NCBI GenBank assembly: GCA_963743945.1
Contig: CAVURO010000002.1
Coordinates: 19,433 to 83,432, forward strand
Direction: 5' to 3'
DNA length: 64,000 bases
DNA from: an uncultured Actinomycetes bacterium
GTDB lineage: Bacteria > Actinomycetota > Acidimicrobiia > Acidimicrobiales > CADCSY01
Shown here: piece by piece, positions 1 through 8,362 of the stretch
How positions within the stretch are numbered: the first letter of the stretch is position 1
Layout: each line of letters starts with the position of its first letter
The notes under the pieces: generated by a model
The model's input: the letters and a program-made list of their open reading frames with translations, nothing else
Told to the model about the DNA's origin: nothing
Database searches by the model: none
Translations under genes and position numbers: made by a program

Positions 1-159
1 CTTCTGACCCACCAGCCGGTGACTCCCGAAGCCCCGTCACAGCCGGTGGAGGCAGACGGCCTCGTGCCTGAGACCGTCTGACAGTCGAGACCGTCTGTTG
101 GGCGCGGCCCGATCGCGCCCCGACATGAGCGTGACGAGGGTTGACAACTCGGGAGTGTC

Positions 160-195
160 TGCATAATCTACAACCATATGGTTGTAGATTATGCA
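160..195. promoter_or_regulatory. 36-bp perfect palindrome (18+18), candidate ArsR/SmtB operator overlapping promoter and start codon
   Basis: tgcataatctacaaccat/atggttgtagattatgca is an exact reverse complement. The ATG at 178 sits at the dyad. TTGACA at 141-146 and CATAAT at 162-167 lie upstream. No SD is visible, so the mRNA is near-leaderless. Confidence 0.6.
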
Positions 196-543
196 CCAGC
201 GGAACAGGTCGATCGCGTGTTCCACGCCCTGGCTGACGCCACCCGGCGTGACATCGTCCAGCAGGCGCTGCTGGGCGAGCACAGCGTGTCGGCTCTGGCC
301 CGCCGCTACCCGATGAGCGTCACCGCCGTGCAGAAGCACGTCGCCGTGCTCGAGGCCGCCGAGCTCGTCACCAAGGAGCGCCGCGGTCGGGAGCAGATCG
401 TGCGCAGCAACGTCGACACCATCCGCCGCGCCGGCCACGTCCTCGACCAGCTCGAGGACGTCTGGCGTGGCCGCATCCACCGCATGGGCGAGCTGCTCGC
501 CGAGGACACGAAGGAAGGAAGCACCGATGCAGATCACGATTGA
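178..543 (+). CDS. ArsR/SmtB-family winged-helix transcriptional regulator
   Basis: 121 aa. Typical ArsR HTH core (FHALADATRRDIVQQALLGEHSVSALARRYPMSVTAVQKHVAVLEAAELV). Followed by an SRPBCC gene, a common pairing. Confidence 0.9.
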   Translation: MVVDYAPAEQVDRVFHALADATRRDIVQQALLGEHSVSALARRYPMSVTAVQKHVAVLEAAELVTKERRGREQIVRSNVDTIRRAGHVLDQLEDVWRGRIHRMGELLAEDTKEGSTDADHD

Positions 544-1019
544 CAAGGACCCGGCTGCCCGGACCATGGTCGTCACCGTCGAGCTGGACTGCCACCGTCG
601 AGCGCAGCTGGCAGCTGTGGGCCGATCCCAGGCAGCTCGAGCGCTGGTGGGGCCCGCCGTCGCACCCGGCCACCGTCGTGGAGCACGACCTCGCGCCCGG
701 CGCCACGGTCCGCTACTTCATGACCGGCCCCGAGGGCGACAAGTACCACGGACGCTGGGACGTCGTGGCCGTCGAGCCGCCGCAACGCCTCGAGCTGGTC
801 GACAGCTTCGCCGACGACGGCGGCGAGAAGGACGAGTCGCTGCCCAGCACCCGCATGACGATGGACCTCGCCGAGCGAGCCGGCGGCGGCACCACCATGA
901 CGATGCGCTCCGAGTTCGCCTCGGTCGAGGCCATGGAGCAGATCCTCGCCATGGGGATGGAGGAGGGGCTCAGGGAGGCCCTCGGCCAGATCGACGCAAT
1001 CCTCGCCACACCCGTCTGA
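540..1019 (+). CDS. SRPBCC/AHSA1-family protein, apparently frameshifted near nt 590
   Basis: Motif ATVERSWQLWADPRQLERWWGPP is typical of the Aha1/SRPBCC family. The expected N-terminal strand (MQITIDKDPAARTMVVTVELD, ATG 527) is in another frame and joins at about nt 590. The in-frame start given here is TTG 540. Confidence 0.7.
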   Translation: MTRTRLPGPWSSPSSWTATVERSWQLWADPRQLERWWGPPSHPATVVEHDLAPGATVRYFMTGPEGDKYHGRWDVVAVEPPQRLELVDSFADDGGEKDESLPSTRMTMDLAERAGGGTTMTMRSEFASVEAMEQILAMGMEEGLREALGQIDAILATPV

Positions 1020-1554
1020 GCCACCCGGCGCCGCGTTCATCGGCGTCTTCGCTGTGGTCTTGAACCGGCAGCAGGCGGTGGTTCTGCGAGGCGACCCGCT
1101 ACGCAAACGCTAAGAAGCGCGGCGGGACGCTAAAAGGGCGTCAAGCCTCTACCGGCTCTCGCCGGTCACTCGTATACCGGTATCCGTGCCCTTCGCTCGG
1201 GCCGGAGGACGAGATGGCTGACGTGCTGTTTGTGATGTTGCTGGTGGTGCTCTTTGCGCTCACGGCCGGCGTGGTGAAGGTCTGCGACCGCCTGGTCGGC
1301 GCGGACGAGGAACTCACGACGGTTGCGACCGTCGATGACAACCGGACGCCGAGGTCGGCGGCACATGAGCGGCGACGACCTCGTCGGACTGGTCATCGCA
1401 CAGCCTGCAGGTCGCCAAACCGCGCCAAGCGGCTGCGCTGCAACGAGTCTCGTCGTTCCATGAGAACCGTTGGTTCGACGAGGAACCCGATCCGCTGGCC
1501 TTGACGATTCCTTTCGGAGCACTTCGATCGGGTCACTGAGGGCCGTTACGGGGG

Positions 1555-2379
1555 TCAGCTCAAGCCGTGGCCGGCCAGGAGGGGCGCAAGTCGAGCTGCC
1601 GTTGCTGCGATCTCGCCACCGAGGTCGTTGATGCGGCCGTCGGGGAGCCGGATGGTCGGACCCTGCACGGCGATGGCGGCGATGGCGAGGCGCTCGGCCA
1701 CGACGGGGGCGGCGACGGCTCGGACGCCCGGGGTCCGTTCCTCGTCATTGACGGCCCAGCCCCGGCCGCGGACCTGCTCCAGCTCTCGCCGCAGGGCGTC
1801 GCGGTCGGTGATGGTGCTGGGCGTGACGGGCCGAAGCTCCGGGAGGCTCTCCACGGCGCCGCCGAGGCTTGTGCCGAAGGCCAGCAGACATTTGCCCATG
1901 GCCGAGGTGTGCAGGGGCACGCGACTTCCCGCGGCCTGGTCGAACCGCAGCGGCTGGCGCGACGTGACGTCGAGCACCACGAGCACGTCGTTGCCGGCGC
2001 GGATGCCGAGGTTGACCGACTCGCCGGTGGCATCGGCGAGCTTCTCCAGCTCCGGCAGCGCCGGCCGATAGCCCAGCCGCTCCTCGGCTCGGCGGCCCAG
2101 CACCACCAGCGCGGGGCCGAGTTGGTAACGATCGGTGCGCGGATCCTGGCTCACCAGCCCGGCATCGCACAGCACGCGGGTCAAGCGGTGCGCAGTGCTG
2201 ACGCTGAGCCCCCGACGCTGCGCGATCTCCGAGACCCCGAGTCCGTCTTCGGCCTCGTCGATCGCCCGGAGAACCGCCAGGGCCCGCTCCACCGACTGCG
2301 CACCGGAACGATGTTCAGGGTCGGCGCCGCTCGTCACGCCCACCAGTGTCCCACCTGGAAGGTGCGGGGTCGTTCCCAT
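1555..2379 (-). CDS. IclR-family transcriptional regulator
   Basis: N-terminal HTH (SVERALAVLRAIDEAEDGLGVSEIAQRRGLSVSTAHRLTRVL) plus a C-terminal IclR effector domain (HTSAMGKCLLAF). Start taken at the internal ATG (MGTTP); the longer ORF to 2442 would overlap the divergent gene. Confidence 0.88.
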   Translation of the reverse strand: MGTTPHLPGGTLVGVTSGADPEHRSGAQSVERALAVLRAIDEAEDGLGVSEIAQRRGLSVSTAHRLTRVLCDAGLVSQDPRTDRYQLGPALVVLGRRAEERLGYRPALPELEKLADATGESVNLGIRAGNDVLVVLDVTSRQPLRFDQAAGSRVPLHTSAMGKCLLAFGTSLGGAVESLPELRPVTPSTITDRDALRRELEQVRGRGWAVNDEERTPGVRAVAAPVVAERLAIAAIAVQGPTIRLPDGRINDLGGEIAATAARLAPLLAGHGLS

Positions 2380-2419
2380 GATTTGCAGGATGTCATCCCG
2401 TAATGTAGAAAAGCTGACT

Positions 2420-3523
2420 ATGCCCATCAACTTTATGAACATATGGGGGCGAGGTCTTCGCCTCCTCGCCCCCCTCGTGGTTCTGGTTTCCGTGGTTGCC
2501 GTGCTCGCAGGGGGGTGCGGCAGTGACGATGACGGAGGCGGCGGCGCGGCGGTGACCTCCGGCGGCGAGGCGCCCTCGGCAGGGAGGCTGCGGCTCGGCT
2601 ACTTCGGTAACGTCACCCACGCGCCGGCGGTGATCGGCGAAACGCGCGGCCTGTTCGCGGAGGCGCTCGGCGATGGCGTCAAGATCGAGTACTCGTACTT
2701 CAACGCCGGCACCGAGGCCATCGAGGCGCTGTTCGCGGGCGCCATCGATGCGACGTTCATAGGCCCGAACCCCGCCATCAACGGCTTCGCCGAGTCCGAC
2801 GGCGAGGCGCTGCGCATCGTCGCCGGAACCACCTCGGGCGGAGCGTCGCTCGTGGTCCGAGACGGGATCGCGTCCGCAGCGGACCTGAAGGGCAAGCGGC
2901 TCGCAACGCCGTCGCTCGGCAACACCCAGGACGTCGCACTCCGGGCATGGCTGGCCGACCAGGGCTATCAGACCGACAAGACGGGCGGCGGGGACGTCGC
3001 CGTCATCCCCCAGGCCAACGCAGACACGCTCACCGCGTTCGTGGGGGGCAGCATCGACGGCGCGTGGGTACCCGAACCGTGGGCCACACGACTCGTGACC
3101 GAGGGCAAGGGCCATGTGTTGGTTGACGAGCGCGATCTCTGGCCCGACGGCGCGTTCGTCACTACGCACCTGGTCGTCGCCGCCGAGTATCTCGAGGAGA
3201 ACCAGCACATCATCGAGGGCCTCATCAGCGGCCTGCTGGACGCCATCGCCTTCGCCAACGACGACCCCACCGTGGCACAGGCAGTCACCAACAAGGGCAT
3301 CGAGCGGATCACCACCAAGGCGCTGCCCGAGGCCACCATCACCGGCGCCTGGACCAGGATGACCTTCACCGCGGATCCGATCGCGAAGTCACTCGAGAAG
3401 TCCAAGGACGACGCCGTCGCCGCCGGACTGCTCGACGACGTCGACCTCGATGGGATCTATGACCTCACCATCCTCAACCGGTTGCTCGCCAACCGCGGCG
3501 AGGAGGAGGTGGATGCCCCGTGA
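2420..3523 (+). CDS. ABC transporter substrate-binding lipoprotein, NitT/TauT (aliphatic sulfonate/nitrate/taurine) type
   Basis: Signal peptide with lipobox LAGGC. NMT1/SsuA-like body (LRLGYFGNVTHAP..., LATPSLGNTQDVALR). ATG at 2420 or 2435; the ORF-track N-terminus from 2135 is an antisense-shadow extension. Confidence 0.85.
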   Translation: MPINFMNIWGRGLRLLAPLVVLVSVVAVLAGGCGSDDDGGGGAAVTSGGEAPSAGRLRLGYFGNVTHAPAVIGETRGLFAEALGDGVKIEYSYFNAGTEAIEALFAGAIDATFIGPNPAINGFAESDGEALRIVAGTTSGGASLVVRDGIASAADLKGKRLATPSLGNTQDVALRAWLADQGYQTDKTGGGDVAVIPQANADTLTAFVGGSIDGAWVPEPWATRLVTEGKGHVLVDERDLWPDGAFVTTHLVVAAEYLEENQHIIEGLISGLLDAIAFANDDPTVAQAVTNKGIERITTKALPEATITGAWTRMTFTADPIAKSLEKSKDDAVAAGLLDDVDLDGIYDLTILNRLLANRGEEEVDAP

Positions 3524-4329
3524 GAAGCGAGGATCCCCCGCGGTTCGAGTCCGAGAGCGCGGTCGTTCCGGTCGCGCCACCTGACCCGATCAGCGCTATC
3601 GCGCTGCGTGGCGTATGCAAGGTCTACGGCACGGGCCGGCACGCCGTGGCTGCCCTCGACTCCATCGACTTCGACGTCCGCCGGGGCGAGTTCCTCTGTG
3701 TCGTCGGCGCGTCGGGATGCGGCAAGAGCACCCTGCTGAACCTCATCGCCGGACTCGACCGCGCCACCGCAGGCCGCCTCGAAGTGGGCGGCCGCACGGC
3801 GCTGATGTTCCAGGAGGCCGCACTCTTCCCTTGGCTCACGGTGTCCGGCAACGTCGAGCTCGCCCTCAAGCTCCAAGGCGTCCGGAAGGCCGAGCGGCGA
3901 GACCGGGTGGCATGGCTGCTGCGGACCGTGCGCCTGGACGGCTTCGCGAACAAGCGGCCCCACGAGCTGTCCGGCGGCATGCGTCAGCGCGTCGCGCTCG
4001 CTCGAGCCTTCGGACAGGACGCCGACATCCTCCTCATGGATGAACCATTCGGGGCCCTCGACGCCATGACCCGCGATCTTCTCCACGACGAGCTCGAGGG
4101 GCTGTGGGCCGACCGCAACCTGACGGTCGTCTTCGTCACCCACAACGTGCGCGAGGCAGCCCGACTCGCCGATCGGATCGTCGTGCTGTCGAGCCGCCCC
4201 GGCAGGGTCACCTCAACCGTCTCGGTCGACATCGACCGGCCACGACGCATCGAGTCCCCCGCCGTGAGCGAGCTGGCCGGGGCCGTGACCGAGCAGCTGC
4301 GACAGGAGGTGCGACGACATGCCAACTGA
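3520..4329 (+). CDS. ABC transporter ATP-binding protein (NitT/TauT family)
   Basis: Walker A GASGCGKST, signature LSGGMRQRV, Walker B ILLMDEPFGALD. The GTG start overlaps the upstream stop. Confidence 0.92.
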   Translation: MRSEDPPRFESESAVVPVAPPDPISAIALRGVCKVYGTGRHAVAALDSIDFDVRRGEFLCVVGASGCGKSTLLNLIAGLDRATAGRLEVGGRTALMFQEAALFPWLTVSGNVELALKLQGVRKAERRDRVAWLLRTVRLDGFANKRPHELSGGMRQRVALARAFGQDADILLMDEPFGALDAMTRDLLHDELEGLWADRNLTVVFVTHNVREAARLADRIVVLSSRPGRVTSTVSVDIDRPRRIESPAVSELAGAVTEQLRQEVRRHAN

Positions 4330-5194
4330 TGCCGATTCCCAGCTCGGCGCGACCCTTGCCGGCCTCGACGCCCTGGAGCTCATGGCCGGCCCAGGCGAAC
4401 ATCCCTTTCGCCGCGCCTGGCGAACGACATGGCCGAAGATCGCTGCCATCGTGCTCGCGTTGGCGGCGTGGCAGTTCGTCATCTGGTTGGAGTGGAAGCC
4501 GAAGTTCGCACTCGCGCCGCCCGGTGAGGCCTTCGAGGACTTTCGGGAGATGGCGGGCGACGGCACGCTGTGGCGCGCCACACGGATCACCCTGTGGCGC
4601 GCCGCCCAGGGATTCGCCGTGTCCATCGTGCTCGGCGTCGTCATCGGCAGCGTCGTCTCGCGCTTCCGACCCGTGCGCGCCGCCGTCGGCTCGCTCATAA
4701 CCGGGCTCCAGACCATGCCGTCGGTCGCCTGGGTCCCATTTGCCATCGTGATCTTCCGTCGCGACTACGAGGCCGCCATCATGTTCGTGATGGTGTTGGG
4801 CGCGACGCCCTCCATCGCCAACGGCCTCGTCAGCGGTGCCGACCACATACCACCGATCCTGCTTCGTGCCGGGCGAGTGCTCGGCGCCGACGGTCTGTCG
4901 GCGTATCGGCACATCATCCTGCCCGCGGCCCTCCCGGCCTTCGTCGGTGGGGTGAAGCAGGGCTGGGCCTTCCTGTGGCGCAGCTTGATGGCAGCGGAGC
5001 TGATCGCGGTCGTGCCCGGGAAGGAGTCGATCGGGTTCCTGCTCCAGGTCAATCGGGAGCTCGCGAACTCCTCCGGGTTGATCGCGACGATGATCGTCAT
5101 CCTGATCATCGGCATCGTGGTCGACTCCGCCGTCTTCGGCACCCTCGATCGCGCCATTCGAAGACGATGGGGACTGCTGGATCCCGCCGGCTGA
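4319..5194 (+). CDS. ABC transporter permease (NitT/TauT family)
   Basis: Multi-pass membrane protein with a BPD-type permease core. Start overlaps the ATPase gene end, completing the three-gene importer. Confidence 0.88.
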   Translation: MPTDADSQLGATLAGLDALELMAGPGEHPFRRAWRTTWPKIAAIVLALAAWQFVIWLEWKPKFALAPPGEAFEDFREMAGDGTLWRATRITLWRAAQGFAVSIVLGVVIGSVVSRFRPVRAAVGSLITGLQTMPSVAWVPFAIVIFRRDYEAAIMFVMVLGATPSIANGLVSGADHIPPILLRAGRVLGADGLSAYRHIILPAALPAFVGGVKQGWAFLWRSLMAAELIAVVPGKESIGFLLQVNRELANSSGLIATMIVILIIGIVVDSAVFGTLDRAIRRRWGLLDPAG

Positions 5195-5313
5195 GCCGCC
5201 GATGCTTGTGACCGCACCGCTCGACGACGGTTTGCGGGGCCTGCCGTTCCGTCTTGGACGCAAGATCCGACCGGGTTCCCGACCGATGATGCCTCGCCTT
5301 CGACGGACTGGGC

Positions 5314-5892
5314 TCAGGCCACCAGGTTGGCGTAGTCGTCGCGGGACACGGGCCCGCTGGTGAGCGAACCGTCGCCTCGGGGGACGTCGACAGGCGAGCC
5401 CACGAGCGTGAACGACACGAGCCCCACACCTGGTCGCCCGGTGAGGGTGCATACCAGCTGGGCGACGGCGAGGAGCTGCTCATCACCGCCGAGCTCGGTG
5501 ATGGCGGGCAACAGATCGACGCGGGCCACGCCGGCCACCAGGCGGACGTCGCGGACGAGCGGCGGTTCCCCGACCGCGGTCCGCAGCGATCCGGCGGCCG
5601 AACCGGGTGGCTCCGCGAGGGCCTCGACGACGTCGGGAAGGTCGATCGGTGGGTCGAGGGCGGCGTCGACGGCGACGACGGCAGCGTCGACATCGACGAA
5701 GCACAGCGACACCGTCTCGGTCACCGCGGCGGTCACCGGCGGCAGCAGCGGCGGGACATCCTGGTCGAGCAGGCCGAACGGAACGGCGTCGTCGTCTCGA
5801 ACCTGGGCGCGTCCTTGTCCCTGCACCGAGCACGCACCGGCGAAGAGGGAAGCGACCAGGAGAAGCGGGGCCAGGAGCCGTGGGCTGGTCAT
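5314..5892 (-). CDS. GerMN-domain lipoprotein (small LpqB-like)
   Basis: Start MTSPRLLAPLLLVASLFAGAC has a lipobox. GerMN-like body (VARVDLLPAITELGGDEQLLAVAQLVCTL). ATGA overlap with the kinase stop at 5889-5892. Confidence 0.75.
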   Translation of the reverse strand: MTSPRLLAPLLLVASLFAGACSVQGQGRAQVRDDDAVPFGLLDQDVPPLLPPVTAAVTETVSLCFVDVDAAVVAVDAALDPPIDLPDVVEALAEPPGSAAGSLRTAVGEPPLVRDVRLVAGVARVDLLPAITELGGDEQLLAVAQLVCTLTGRPGVGLVSFTLVGSPVDVPRGDGSLTSGPVSRDDYANLVA

Positions 5893-7382
5893 GGCTGCTG
5901 CACCGGGAGCTCGATGATGAACCGGGCGCCGCCGCTGGGATTGTCCTCGATCCATACGCGGCCTCGGTGGAGCTTGACATGCTCGGTGACGAGTGAAAGG
6001 CCGAGACCGGTGCCGGAGGTGGTCCCGGCTCGAAGCCCGACTTCACCGCGGGCGAACCGCCCGAACACGGCGTCTCGTTCCTCCTGCGGCACACCGGGGC
6101 CGTGGTCGTCAAAGGCGAACCGCACGTATCCCGGCTTTGCGGCGGTGACGGTGACGGCGGTGGTGCCGCCGGCGTAACGGCCGGCGTTCTCGACGATATT
6201 ACCCATGGCTTGGGCGAGGCGGCGTCGATCACCGGTCAGGTGCGTCGGCGCGCCCTCCTCGAAGGTGATGGTGGCGGTTTCGGCATCGTGGCGGGTCAGG
6301 ACCCGGGAGAGGAGGTGCCGCAGGTCGATCAGATCTTCCGCCAGGGTGGCGGCGCCGGAGTCGACCCGCGAGATCTCCAGCAGATCGAGGACCATCCGCT
6401 GGAAGGTGTCGACCTTGCCGGCGAGCACGGTAAAGGCCTCGATGACCTGCGGTGGAAGTTGGTCGCGTCGCCGATTGATGATCTCCAGGGCGGCGGCGAC
6501 CGCGGCGAGCGGTGAGCGCAGCTCGTGGCTGACATCCGCGGCGAAGCGGGCCTCGCGCTCGATGCGGGCTTCGAGCGCGGTCGCCATGGTGTTGAAGGCG
6601 TCGGTGAGCCGTTCGAGGTCGGGGTCGTCGATCCCGGTGAGCCTGGTGTCGAGCTCGCCGTCGGCGATCCGCTGGGCGGCGTCGGCCACCGGCCCGAGAG
6701 GCCGCACGAGTCGCCCGGCGCCGGCGCGACCGACGGCGGCAGCGACGACGGCGGCACCGGAGACGCCGAACGCAAGGGATCTGGTCAACAGGTCGAGGGT
6801 TCGATCGAGCTCGTCGAGGGCGAACAACTCGAAGTAGGAACCGTCGGTGGCAGCGATCGGCACACCGACGGCCAGGCGTAGGGCACCGCCGCCGTCCCGA
6901 TAGCGCTGATGCCCGGCGCGCCCGTCGCTGACGACACGCATCAGGTCCTGGGGGATGGCGTCGGGCCCGGAGGTTACGGAGGTGGAGAACCACTCGCCCC
7001 GGAAGCGGAGCACCGGGTTCGAGGCGGTACCGCCACCGAGGCTGCCGAGAAGGCCAGGGATGTCGGGGTCCGGGGTTCGCAGCACGGTCCGGGCCAGGCG
7101 AGCGTTCACGTAGGTCTGCTGCTCGGCAGCGTCCTGGCGCTGGTCGACGAGGTAGGCGCGGGCCAGCCCGAAGGTGATCGCCGCCAGGACCACGGCGACG
7201 AACAGGGCGGTCACGCCGAAGCCGATCGTGGCTCGCACCCGGAGACCGAAGCGTGGTCGGCGCCTCGCTTGTCCGCCGTCGCCGGGGCGCGGCGGTCGCG
7301 GCGGCCTCACTCGTCGATCGCCTCCGCCATCGCCGAGCAACGCCAGAGCACGAACGCGGCGAGGCGCATGCGCGGCGCCCAC
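5889..7382 (-). CDS. Sensor histidine kinase (TM-HAMP-HisKA-HATPase_c), MtrB-like
   Basis: H-box ADVSHELRSPLAAV, N box NIVENAGRYA, G boxes DHGPGV and GTGLGLSLV. The start is uncertain, with GTG candidates at 7457, 7382 and 7310. No response regulator gene is adjacent. Confidence 0.85.
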   Translation of the reverse strand: MGAAHAPRRVRALALLGDGGGDRRVRPPRPPRPGDGGQARRRPRFGLRVRATIGFGVTALFVAVVLAAITFGLARAYLVDQRQDAAEQQTYVNARLARTVLRTPDPDIPGLLGSLGGGTASNPVLRFRGEWFSTSVTSGPDAIPQDLMRVVSDGRAGHQRYRDGGGALRLAVGVPIAATDGSYFELFALDELDRTLDLLTRSLAFGVSGAAVVAAAVGRAGAGRLVRPLGPVADAAQRIADGELDTRLTGIDDPDLERLTDAFNTMATALEARIEREARFAADVSHELRSPLAAVAAALEIINRRRDQLPPQVIEAFTVLAGKVDTFQRMVLDLLEISRVDSGAATLAEDLIDLRHLLSRVLTRHDAETATITFEEGAPTHLTGDRRRLAQAMGNIVENAGRYAGGTTAVTVTAAKPGYVRFAFDDHGPGVPQEERDAVFGRFARGEVGLRAGTTSGTGLGLSLVTEHVKLHRGRVWIEDNPSGGARFIIELPVQQP

Positions 7383-7407
7383 TGGCGACTGGTCGTGACT
7401 ACTCTCA

Positions 7408-7448
7408 TTGGTGCAGTGGTCGCACCGCTTGGTGCAGTGGTCGCACCG
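7408..7448. repeat. Tandem direct repeat, 2 x 20 bp at 21-bp period, each unit containing an inverted repeat
   Basis: ttggtgcagtggtcgcaccg occurs at 7408-7427 and 7429-7448. Each unit holds GGTGC-N7-GCACC. It lies between the sodA 3' end and the kinase gene. Confidence 0.8.
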
Positions 7449-7555
7449 TGCCGGCACTTACGGGTGTGGGCGGCGGCTGTCTTTCGCGGCCTGTCGTCCA
7501 CTTGGCCGCACCCGACCTCAACTGTCCCGGATCGCCTGTACACAGGTCGCGGACG

Positions 7556-8182
7556 CTACGTCCGCGGTGCGAGACTGGATTGGTCGAGACGTTCGGCGAC
7601 CTGGCGCCAGTCGACGAGCGACCACACGGCCTCGAAGAAGGCGCTCTTGTCGTTCTCGTACTGCAGGTAGTAGGCGTGCTCCCAGGCATCGATGGCCAGG
7701 ATGGGCACGGTGCCCTGCCCGTGGTTGCCCTGGTGGTCGTAGGTCTGCTCGATTACGACCCGGCGTCCGGTGGGTTCCCACGAGGCGAGCGCCCAACCTG
7801 ATCCTTGGATGGTGCCGGCGGCTTCGATCATATGCCGGCGGAACGGTTCGAAGCCCCCGAAGTCGGCATCGATTTGCTCGCCCAGCCAGCCGCCCGGTTC
7901 ACCGCCGCCCTCGGGTGAGAGGCACTCCCACCACAGCGAGTGCAGGACGTGGCCGGATAGGTTGAAGGCGAAGTTCTTCTCCAGCATCGACAGGGTCGTG
8001 AAGTCGCTGCTCCCTCGCGCCTCCTGCAGCCGCTCAAGGGCACGGTTTGCTCCGGCCACGTAAGCGGCATGATGTTTGGCGTGGTGCAGCTCCATGATCC
8101 GTCCCGAGATGTGCGGCTCCAGCGCCGAGTAGTCGTATCGGAGATCGGGGAGCCGGTAGACGGTGGCGGGCTGGTCGGTCAT
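7556..8182 (-). CDS. sodA: Fe/Mn superoxide dismutase
   Basis: LPDLRYDYSALEPHISGRIMELHHAKHH and DAWEHAYYLQY motifs. ATG at 8182 is preceded by GAAAGGG. Confidence 0.95.
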   Translation of the reverse strand: MTDQPATVYRLPDLRYDYSALEPHISGRIMELHHAKHHAAYVAGANRALERLQEARGSSDFTTLSMLEKNFAFNLSGHVLHSLWWECLSPEGGGEPGGWLGEQIDADFGGFEPFRRHMIEAAGTIQGSGWALASWEPTGRRVVIEQTYDHQGNHGQGTVPILAIDAWEHAYYLQYENDKSAFFEAVWSLVDWRQVAERLDQSSLAPRT

Positions 8183-8362
8183 CGTTGGCCCTTTCACTCA
8201 GTGGGGGAGGTGCCGTGGACCCCGACGTCGCTGCTGCTCGCCGCTGAGGTCGGCCTTCAGATGAAGTCTATCGTCGCTCCGCGGTCGAACGCCTGTTGAC
8301 GATCGGCCGGCGATCCTTGCCGCAAACCGTCCGTCGGACGCAGCCCGCGCCCGAACCCTCGA

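Noticed and set aside
1151-1183. ACCGG-containing dyads (ACCGGctctcgCCGGT and ATACCGGTAT) upstream of the small hydrophobic ORF.
   Set aside because: The elements are short and GC-neutral, and no regulator can be tied to them. They are noted only as context for the possible kdp remnant.
4208-5452. 414-aa minus-strand ORF opposite the ABC permease. Similar long shadow ORFs occur at 18384-20156, 24574-26490, 32036-33574, 36604-38418, 39140-40807, 45386-47590 and 47158-49122.
   Set aside because: All lie antisense to genes with unmistakable family motifs. They translate to Arg/Pro/Gly/Ala-rich low-complexity strings with no recognisable motifs. Such stop-free antisense frames are expected in high-GC DNA.
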